Shown: positions 57,048-64,000 of the stretch, piece after piece
Numbering within the stretch: the first letter of the stretch is position 1
Layout: the number at the start of each line of letters is the position of its first letter
Assembly: GCA_965202835.1 (NCBI GenBank)
Contig: CBDBCA010000002.1
Coordinates: forward strand, 925,306 to 989,305
Origin: Alphaproteobacteria bacterium
Lineage (GTDB): Bacteria > Pseudomonadota > Alphaproteobacteria > MPNO01
DNA: 64,000 nt
Reading direction: 5' to 3'
Made by a program: the position numbers and the translations under genes
The notes under the pieces: generated by a model
Databases searched by the model: none
Told to the model about the DNA's origin: nothing
Seen by the model: only the letters and a program-made list of their open reading frames with translations

Positions 57048-57730
57048 CCGCGCCGGGCTTCGACGATGTCGGCGCCTGCGTCTTCGACGCCTACGGCACG
57101 CTGTTCGATTTCAACTCCGCGGTCGATCGCTGCCGCGACAGGATCGGCGACCGCGCCGACGAGCTTTCGGCGCTCTGGCGGCAGAAACAGCTGCAATACA
57201 CCTGGCTGCGCAGCCTGATGGGAAAGTTCGTCGATTTCTGGCACGTCACGGGTGAAGCGCTGGACCACTCCATGAAGGCGGTCGGCCTCGACGATCCGCC
57301 GCTGCGGGCGGAGCTCATGCAGCTTTATCTCAGCCTCGAAGCCTATCCGGACGCGCGCGACTGCCTGGTTCGCCTCAAGGAGGCCGGGACCAAGACGGCG
57401 ATCCTCTCCAACGGTTCGATGACGATGCTGGTCTCGGCGGTGAAGAATGCCGGTCTGGACGACGTGATCGACGCGGTCTACTCGGTCGACAGGGCGGAGA
57501 TTTTCAAACCCCACGCTTCGGTCTACCAGATCGCGGTGGACGAGCTGAAGATCCCGGCCCCGCGGATCAGCTTCCAGTCGGCGAACGGATGGGACGCCCA
57601 CGGCGCGGCCGTGTTCGGCTTCCGGGTGGCGTGGATCAACCGCTTCGGCCAGCCGGCGGAAACGCTGCCGGGCGACATCCAGGCCGAGCTCTCCTCGCTC
57701 GCCGACCTGCCCGCGCTCGTCAGTGCCTGA
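57044..57730 (+). CDS. HAD-superfamily hydrolase, haloacid dehalogenase type II-like
   Basis: Motif I VFDAYGTLFD, motif II SNGS, and a C-terminal (W)DAHGAA. ATGA overlap with phaJ. Confidence 0.7.
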   Translation: MTAPGFDDVGACVFDAYGTLFDFNSAVDRCRDRIGDRADELSALWRQKQLQYTWLRSLMGKFVDFWHVTGEALDHSMKAVGLDDPPLRAELMQLYLSLEAYPDARDCLVRLKEAGTKTAILSNGSMTMLVSAVKNAGLDDVIDAVYSVDRAEIFKPHASVYQIAVDELKIPAPRISFQSANGWDAHGAAVFGFRVAWINRFGQPAETLPGDIQAELSSLADLPALVSA

Positions 57731-58580
57731 CTGGGCCTATCGGGAGCATCGTTTCATCGCGCAGGACGGGCTGGGCCTTTATTTCCGCGAATACGGCGAT
57801 CGGTACTCCACCGCGACGCCGTTGCTCTGCCTCGGCGGACTCACCCGCAACGCGAAGGACTTCCACGCGCTCGCGCGGCGGGTGGCACCGGAACGCCGGG
57901 TGCTGTGCCTCGACCTCAGGGGCCGCGGACGCTCGGACCACGACCCGAACTGGCGCAACTACCATCCGGCGACCTATCTCAACGACATCGCCCATCTGCT
58001 CGCAATCGCGGACGTCCATCGGGTCGTGGTGGTCGGAACCTCGCTTGGCGGGGTGCTGGCGATGGCGATGGGCGCATCCATGCCGTCGGCCCTAGCGGGG
58101 GCGGTGCTGAACGATATCGGCCCGGAAATCGAGCGTGGCGGCCTGGAGCCCATCCTCTCCTATATCCGCGTCGACCGCCCGCAGCCGGACTGGGACGGCG
58201 CAATTCGGGCGATCAGGACGCATCTGCCCGACCTCGTGTACCAGGACGAGGCGATGTTCGAGGCGATGGCCCGGAACACGTTTCGCGAGGGCGACGACGG
58301 GCTGCTGCACTTCGACTGGGACGTGAACATCGTCAAGCCGGCCCTCGCCGATCGCGGCGCGACACCCGATCTGTGGCCCCTTTTTCGTGGGCTGCGCTCG
58401 GTCCCGCTGCTCGCCTTCCGCGGCGAGGCATCGGAGCTACTGACGGCCGACTGCTTCGCGAAGATGGGGCGCGAACGCCCCGACGCCCGCATGGTCACCG
58501 TGCCCCGAACCGGCCATGCCCCCACTCTGACGGAGCCCGAATGCGTCGAAGCGCTGGATGCGTTCCTGCGGGAACTCTGA
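57723..58580 (+). CDS. Alpha/beta hydrolase-fold protein
   Basis: Nucleophile elbow GTSLGG, a C-terminal catalytic His in GHAP. GTG start overlaps the previous stop. Confidence 0.7.
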   Translation: MPDWAYREHRFIAQDGLGLYFREYGDRYSTATPLLCLGGLTRNAKDFHALARRVAPERRVLCLDLRGRGRSDHDPNWRNYHPATYLNDIAHLLAIADVHRVVVVGTSLGGVLAMAMGASMPSALAGAVLNDIGPEIERGGLEPILSYIRVDRPQPDWDGAIRAIRTHLPDLVYQDEAMFEAMARNTFREGDDGLLHFDWDVNIVKPALADRGATPDLWPLFRGLRSVPLLAFRGEASELLTADCFAKMGRERPDARMVTVPRTGHAPTLTEPECVEALDAFLREL

Positions 58581-58657
58581 CAGGCCCGTCTGGCGCGGGG
58601 CCATGTCCGGCTCTATAACTTGGTAAGCTTATTTGCCCATGCGAGGGAGGATCCGGG

Positions 58658-59023
58658 GTGGCGGAGATTTACGTCGGCAGGGAAGACGAGTTCGGCGAGC
58701 GCGATCGCAAGATCATCGCCCAGGGCGATCTCGAGATCGGGATCTTCTTCGTGGGCGGGGAGTTCCACGCCTACGAGAACAACTGCGTTCACCAGGGCGG
58801 CCCGGTGTGCCAGGGCAAGATCCTCGGCAAGGTCGAGGAGGTGCTGGGCGACGACAAGACGTCGAAGGGCCTCCGCTTCTCGGAAACCGACATCCACATC
58901 GTCTGCCCCTGGCACGGCTACGAATACAACATCAAGACGGGCCGCCACCCGGGCGACAGGAACGTCAGGCTCAGGCCCTATGACGTGAAGGTCGCCGACG
59001 GAGAGGTTTATGTCGTCGTCTGA
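58658..59023 (+). CDS. Rieske [2Fe-2S] domain protein (small ferredoxin-like)
   Basis: CVHQGGP...CPWHGYEY Rieske ligand boxes. GTG start with a GGGAGG Shine-Dalgarno. Confidence 0.7.
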   Translation: MAEIYVGREDEFGERDRKIIAQGDLEIGIFFVGGEFHAYENNCVHQGGPVCQGKILGKVEEVLGDDKTSKGLRFSETDIHIVCPWHGYEYNIKTGRHPGDRNVRLRPYDVKVADGEVYVVV

Positions 59024-59342
59024 CGACGAGCGCGCGCCCGACCTGGAGACGCTCGGAGAGGCGACGGCAAGAGCGCTCGCGATCGCCGAAAAGGCGCTCG
59101 ACGACGGGACCACGGAAGCGGTGCCGGACGAGATGGTGCAGCGGCTGCTGACCGCCGGCACGCGGCTGTTCGCCAACAAGGTGGAGATGGAGGACCGGGT
59201 CTTCCTGCCCTTCGTTTCCGCCGAATCGGCGACGGCGACCGATGTCGTGGTGACGGTGACGGAAATGCTTCACGCGGCGAACCTGAACACGTTCGACCTC
59301 GCGATGTGGTTCCGCAGGCCACGCCCCGGCGCGGACGATTGA
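59010..59342 (+). CDS. Hypothetical acidic protein (110 aa) coupled to the Rieske gene
   Basis: ATG at 59010 overlaps the Rieske gene's 3' end by 14 nt. No recognisable motif. Confidence 0.4.
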   Translation: MSSSDDERAPDLETLGEATARALAIAEKALDDGTTEAVPDEMVQRLLTAGTRLFANKVEMEDRVFLPFVSAESATATDVVVTVTEMLHAANLNTFDLAMWFRRPRPGADD

Positions 59343-59355
59343 AGGAGCGGAACGG

Positions 59356-60564
59356 ATGGACAGCGGACTCGAACCCCTGCGCGAAAACCCGGTCAGGCAG
59401 ATCGACGTCTCGACCGACACGCGCGAGATCCTCGCCCGCGCCCGGCGCCAGGCCGACGAGCGCAATTTCGACGACGTGTTCATCGTCGACATGGATTCGC
59501 ACCACACCGAGAGCGAGTCCTGGGCCGACATCATCTCCTATCTCGACGACGAGGTGATCCGTTCCCAGGCGCTCGACTACCTGCGGAACCGGACGGGCAC
59601 GCCGCCATACGGGCTCAACGGCGATCTGGCGCTGCGCTACCAGGATTGCGGCGGGCGCATCCCGCACCAGGCCGCGCGCCGCGAAGATGCGCGCGAGAAC
59701 GGTCTCCACCGCGACGTCGTGCTGGCGAGGCGGGCCTACGAATCGATGTCGATCGACAAGCAGATCGTCTTTCCGACGCCGATGCTGTTCCTCGGCATGC
59801 ACCCGCAATTCGACATGGAGCCGCTGCTCGGCAACGCCTACAACCGCTGGACCGTCGACACGCTGCTGGCGCAGGACTCAAGGCTCAAGTCGATGGCGTT
59901 CCTGCCGTTCAACGACGCCGACGAGGCGCTGAAGACGGTCGAGGAGTTCGGCGACGCGCCGGGCGTGGTGGGCTTCATGGTCACCTCGGTGCGCAACAAG
60001 CCGGTCCATCACAACCACTACATGAAGGTCTACCGCGCGCTCGAGGAACGCGGCCTGCCGCTCGGATTCCATGCCGGGTATTACTGGCAGGACCCCTCGA
60101 TGATGCAGATCAACCGCTTCGGCTCGATGCACGCGCTCTCCTTCGTCTGGTGCAACGTGGTCCACTGCACCAACTGGGTGATGAACGGCCTGCCCGAGCG
60201 CTTCCCCGGCCTCCCGGTAGTGTGGATCGAGAGCGGGCTCTCCTGGGTGCCGTGGCTGATGCAGCGCCTCGACCATACCTACATGATGCGCACCTCGGAG
60301 GCACCGCTCCTCAAGCGCAAGCCGAGCGAGTACATGGCGGAGATGTATTACACCTCCCAGCCGCTGGAGACCGACAACCTCAAGGCGCTGGAGCTCACCT
60401 TCGAGATGACCGCCGCCAGGACCCAGCTCCTCTACGCGTCCGACTGGCCGCACTGGGACTTCGACCCGCCGGCGGTGATCTGGGACATCCCGTTCCTCGA
60501 CGACGAGGCCCGCAAGAACATCCTCGGCCTCAACGCCAGGCGTATCTTCGACCTGGAGAAGTAG
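59356..60564 (+). CDS. Amidohydrolase-2 family protein (ACMSD/LigW-like), 402 aa
   Basis: C-terminal DWPHWD and internal HAGYY, typical of amidohydrolase_2. Confidence 0.65.
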   Translation: MDSGLEPLRENPVRQIDVSTDTREILARARRQADERNFDDVFIVDMDSHHTESESWADIISYLDDEVIRSQALDYLRNRTGTPPYGLNGDLALRYQDCGGRIPHQAARREDARENGLHRDVVLARRAYESMSIDKQIVFPTPMLFLGMHPQFDMEPLLGNAYNRWTVDTLLAQDSRLKSMAFLPFNDADEALKTVEEFGDAPGVVGFMVTSVRNKPVHHNHYMKVYRALEERGLPLGFHAGYYWQDPSMMQINRFGSMHALSFVWCNVVHCTNWVMNGLPERFPGLPVVWIESGLSWVPWLMQRLDHTYMMRTSEAPLLKRKPSEYMAEMYYTSQPLETDNLKALELTFEMTAARTQLLYASDWPHWDFDPPAVIWDIPFLDDEARKNILGLNARRIFDLEK

Positions 60565-60567
60565 CGC

Positions 60568-61497
60568 CTACCGCCAGTCGTCGATCGCGTAGACGCCCGG
60601 GACCCCGTAGCCTTCGCCCGCCGGGCGGAGCATGGCGACGGCGTTCATGAAGCTCCGATAGCCGCGTTCGCGGAGGATGCGATAGGCCTCACGGCGGCCG
60701 GTGTTGGTGCCGGCGGCGACGGTGTCCGCGCCGCGGCTCGCCGCGAGCGCCTCGCAGGCGGCGAGCAGGTCGCCCAAATCGGCCTCTGCGTCGGGACCCG
60801 GCCTGACCGCCGCGGCCTTGACGAACAGGAGAGAAGAGTTTCCTTCGCTGCCGGCGCCGTGATGGCACAGGGCATAGCCGGCAAGCCCGGCCCCGTCCGC
60901 CCGCGCGAGCAGCACGGTTTCGCCGTGCCCGTGACGCAGGACCGAGGCGATCTCCCGCGTGTGATCGAGCCCGAGCCAGATCGTGTCGGCAACCTCGCGG
61001 CAGGCGTCGGCTTCCCTCACATGGGTCATCAGCCGGGCGCGGTCGGGCATCGCGGCCGGGGACACCTCGCGCCGCAGGACCGCGACCGGGCGCTGGAGCT
61101 CGAAACCGAACGCTTCGTAGAGCCTGACATGACGCGTGCTCTGCTGGTGGGTGAGCAGCCCGACGAAATCGTGGTCCCGCGCATCGAGCAGATCGAGCAG
61201 CGCCGCGGTGAGGCCGCGCCCGATCCCCGAACTCCAGCGATCCGGATGGACGGTGAGCGGCCCGAACAGGCCGACGCCGCCCCAATCCGTGATCAGCCCC
61301 GAGCCGACGATCCCGTCTTCGGTCTCGGCGACTAGCGCGCCCGACGGATCGGCGAGGAAGCGCGGCCGGACAAGAGCGCCGTCGCCCCGGAAGGAAACCG
61401 GATCGGGAAGACCGAAGAACGTGCCGAAGGCGAGGCGGCAGACATGCTCGGCCGCTTCGACGTCGGCCGCTTCGAGGGGCCTGATCCGGAGCGTCAT
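60568..61497 (-). CDS. GNAT-family N-acetyltransferase (two-domain)
   Basis: LRIRPLEAADVEAAEHV...GIGRGL acetyl-CoA-binding-type motif. ATG at 61497 overlaps the upstream FAH gene's stop. Confidence 0.6.
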   Translation of the reverse strand: MTLRIRPLEAADVEAAEHVCRLAFGTFFGLPDPVSFRGDGALVRPRFLADPSGALVAETEDGIVGSGLITDWGGVGLFGPLTVHPDRWSSGIGRGLTAALLDLLDARDHDFVGLLTHQQSTRHVRLYEAFGFELQRPVAVLRREVSPAAMPDRARLMTHVREADACREVADTIWLGLDHTREIASVLRHGHGETVLLARADGAGLAGYALCHHGAGSEGNSSLLFVKAAAVRPGPDAEADLGDLLAACEALAASRGADTVAAGTNTGRREAYRILRERGYRSFMNAVAMLRPAGEGYGVPGVYAIDDWR

Positions 61498-62351
61498 GCG
61501 GCCGCCCGTACAGCGACCTCCATCGCTCCGATCCCCTCGATCTCGCAGCGCATGACGTCGCCGGGACTTACCGGGCCGACACCCTCGGGCGTCCCGGTCA
61601 TGATCACGTCGCCAGGATAGAGCGTGTAGTGCCGCGACGCGTAGGCGATCAGCCTGCGGCAATCGAAGATCTGGTTCGCGGTCGTCGAATCCTGGCGCGG
61701 CTCGCCGTTCACCCAGAGCCTGAGCGCGAGCGCGTCGGGATCGTCGATCTCGTCGGCGGTGACCATCCACGGGCCGAGCACCGAATACGAGTCGATGGCC
61801 TTGCGCAGGCTGCGGTCCTCGCGGCCCCGCATTGTCATGTCGAGCCCGATCGCATAGCCCGCGACGCAGTCGAGCGCATCCGCCTCGGCAACGTCCCGCG
61901 CGACGCGGCCAACGATCATCGCAAGCTCGAGCTCGTGGTCATTTCGCCGGTCGGTGTATCGGAGCGCGACGCCTTCCGACGGCCCCACCGGAACGGGGTT
62001 CTTGAGGAACAGACCGTATTCGTCGATGGCGCTCGTCGTCGCACCGAAGGTGATGCCGGGATCGGCGTTGGCTTCGTCGATATGGGCACGGTAGTTGGCT
62101 GGCGCGCCGATGATCTTGGTCGGGTTGGCGACGGGACTCAGCAGAGACACGCTCTTGTGGAGCTGGACGAAGCCCCGTTTTCTGCGCTCTTCCACCTCGG
62201 CGCGGACCTCCGCAAGGGCCGCGATCAGACGGTCGCCGGGCGGCAGCGGCCAGCGCCATTCGCCCGCCGCTTCGATGGCTTCGGTGACGTCGATCAGCTG
62301 CTCGCCCACCGCGAGGCCGAGCTTCTGGTCGTTGTAGCGGCAGAGCTTCAT
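61494..62351 (-). CDS. Fumarylacetoacetate hydrolase (FAH) family protein (HpaG/2-keto-4-pentenoate hydratase-like)
   Basis: ELELAMIVG and GTPEGVGP FAH motifs. Confidence 0.75.
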   Translation of the reverse strand: MKLCRYNDQKLGLAVGEQLIDVTEAIEAAGEWRWPLPPGDRLIAALAEVRAEVEERRKRGFVQLHKSVSLLSPVANPTKIIGAPANYRAHIDEANADPGITFGATTSAIDEYGLFLKNPVPVGPSEGVALRYTDRRNDHELELAMIVGRVARDVAEADALDCVAGYAIGLDMTMRGREDRSLRKAIDSYSVLGPWMVTADEIDDPDALALRLWVNGEPRQDSTTANQIFDCRRLIAYASRHYTLYPGDVIMTGTPEGVGPVSPGDVMRCEIEGIGAMEVAVRAAA

Positions 62352-62360
62352 CGCAACGCC

Positions 62361-63449
62361 TCAATCCCGGACGCGGTACTCTTCGCGGGCGCCGGCAGCC
62401 CACGCGAGCCCGTGGCCCGGCGCATCGCCGGGCGTCATCGATCCATTCTCGTCCATCGCGAGAGGGGTGTCGAACAGCGGTTCGAGCAGCGGGAAATCCT
62501 CGAGCCAGCGGACGTTCGGCAACACGCAGGCGAGATGGACGAACAGCGCGGGCAGGAAATGGGGCGAGACGGAAACGTCGTGGTATTCGGCGATCCGAGC
62601 GGCCCGCAGGCATTCGCCGATCCCGCCCATCATGGCGAGATCGGGCTGGAGCACCGCGCAGGCGCCGGCCGAGAAATAGGGTTTGAGCTCGACGACGCCC
62701 TGCAGGTGTTCGCCCGTCGCGATCGGCACCGGCGATCGAGAGGAGAGCGTGGCATAGCCGTGCAGCGCATCGGCCGGCAGAGGCTCCTCCAGCCAGAGCG
62801 CGTTGACGACGGCGCACTCGTTGGCGAGCCAGACCGCCCGGGCGAGGTCGCAGCGCTCGTTCGCATCGACCATCAGATCGACGCCCTCGGGCAGCGCTTC
62901 CGCGACCGCGCGCATCCGCGCGACGTCGGCGCGGTTTCCCGCGACCCGGAGCTTCACCGCCTTGCAGCCGCGCCCAGCATAGGCAAGCGCCCGGGCGACC
63001 GCGGCGTCGGGGTCCTGGTCGGGCCGGAACCCGCCGGAGCCATAGACCGGAACGGTCCGCGCGACACCGCCGAGCGCGGTGTAAAGCGGCACCCCGGACG
63101 CGCGTGCGTGCAGGTCCCACGCGGCGACGTCGATGGCCGCGATCGCGACATAGCCGATCCCGCGCCCGACGCGGTTGAGGGAGGCGGCAAGGCGACGCCA
63201 CAGAAAATCCGGCGGCACGCAACCCTGATCCGCGACGAAACGCGACAGGAGGTCGTCGGCCGCCGTCTTCACCACCGCGCCCCCTCCCCCGAGCACGTAG
63301 CTGAAGCCGAGCCCTATCCCGCCGTCGGAATCCTCCAACGAGACGACGATGACATCGACGGCGGTTATGCCCGAGCCGCCGGTCGGCCCCGCGAGCGGGT
63401 AACGCCAAAGCTCCGCCTCGGCCCTTGCGTAGCGTCTCGCGCCGGGCAC
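62361..63449 (-). CDS. Mandelate racemase / muconate lactonizing enzyme-family (enolase superfamily) protein
   Basis: KLRVAGN...DLMVDANE...EEPL metal-ligand pattern. GTG start. Confidence 0.7.
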   Translation of the reverse strand: MPGARRYARAEAELWRYPLAGPTGGSGITAVDVIVVSLEDSDGGIGLGFSYVLGGGGAVVKTAADDLLSRFVADQGCVPPDFLWRRLAASLNRVGRGIGYVAIAAIDVAAWDLHARASGVPLYTALGGVARTVPVYGSGGFRPDQDPDAAVARALAYAGRGCKAVKLRVAGNRADVARMRAVAEALPEGVDLMVDANERCDLARAVWLANECAVVNALWLEEPLPADALHGYATLSSRSPVPIATGEHLQGVVELKPYFSAGACAVLQPDLAMMGGIGECLRAARIAEYHDVSVSPHFLPALFVHLACVLPNVRWLEDFPLLEPLFDTPLAMDENGSMTPGDAPGHGLAWAAGAREEYRVRD

Positions 63450-63453
63450 CGCC

Positions 63454-63861
63454 TCAGCCCTCCACCCGCTCGATCGTCAGGGTCACCGGATCGCCGTCCT
63501 CGACTCCCAGCGCCGCGCGCAGATCGACTTCGGCGACGATCTCGACCTGGGCGGGCGGGTAGCCCTCGACCTCGGGGTAGACGATCGCCCCGTCGATCCG
63601 TCCGTCCACCTTCACGGGGTAGCAGCGCGCGTCGCAATCGTGCGGACCGTCGTTGGGGTTTTCCATGCGAATCCCGGGGGTCCGCCTGAGCCGCACCCAT
63701 ACGGGCATCGCGTCGGGATCGTCGACGACGATGTTGAAGGTCCCGGGCCAGGGATCGATTCCCAGCCGCGCGACGAACTGTTCGAGCGCCCAGGGAAGCC
63801 GGGTGAAATGCCTGCCCTGCCCGATGCCGCTCGCGACCCGCCCCTTGATTTCCCCGGTCAT
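63454..63861 (-). CDS. DUF120-domain protein (archaeal-type CTP-dependent riboflavin-kinase-like)
   Basis: GRHFTRLPWALEQFVARLGIDPWPGTFNI resembles the DUF120/RibK signature. Start trimmed to ATG at 63861. Confidence 0.45.
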   Translation of the reverse strand: MTGEIKGRVASGIGQGRHFTRLPWALEQFVARLGIDPWPGTFNIVVDDPDAMPVWVRLRRTPGIRMENPNDGPHDCDARCYPVKVDGRIDGAIVYPEVEGYPPAQVEIVAEVDLRAALGVEDGDPVTLTIERVEG

Positions 63862-64000
63862 GCAGCTCCTTTCGCTCAAGCCCCGTTCGCGACGGTAATG
63901 GCAGCCGCCGGGCCCCGGGTCCAGCGAAATTGGCTGCGCTCACCGAGGGCGCACAGCACAGGCGGCGAGCCCCGCGACAAGGGCGGCGAGCACCGCCCAG

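Noticed and set aside
63880-64000. Possible gene start or end at the right edge
   Set aside because: Only 120 nt are visible and no ORF with a recognisable motif was found. The region cannot be called from this window.

Overview
This is a high-GC (about 68%) bacterial chromosomal segment, probably from an alphaproteobacterium (Rhodospirillales- or Rhizobiales-like). Housekeeping genes are interleaved with transport and catabolic clusters. Recognisable genes include ETF-ubiquinone oxidoreductase, UDG, Slt, moaB, rpoH, hemB, a threonine dehydratase, parC, recO, the block era-rnc-lepB-acpS-pdxJ, spoT/rsh, rpoZ, folK, smpB, dapA, and a PHA module (phaR, phasin, phaC, phaJ). Transport systems comprise one TAXI-type TRAP system, one DctPQM TRAP system with unusually extended membrane subunits, and an MFS transporter in an operon with two tandem UbiD-family decarboxylase paralogs. 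Catabolic or accessory genes include an HpcH aldolase, two amidohydrolase-2 proteins, two FAH-family proteins, an MR/MLE enolase, an LLM oxidoreductase, a Rieske protein, a penicillin/AHL-type acylase, a rSAM-associated transferase pair with a radical SAM enzyme, and a small overlapping two-gene cassette of unknown function. Intergenic DNA carries two repeat families that I derived from the sequence itself. The first is a roughly 190-bp MITE-like element present in four copies; its core spacer is inverted in one copy relative to unchanged flanks, which suggests an invertible segment. The second consists of REP-type hairpin clusters. No rRNA, tRNA or CRISPR features were seen. Many long ORFs in the six-frame track are antisense GC-artifacts and were rejected. 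Several start codons are non-ATG (GTG or TTG) and several gene pairs overlap by 4 nt.
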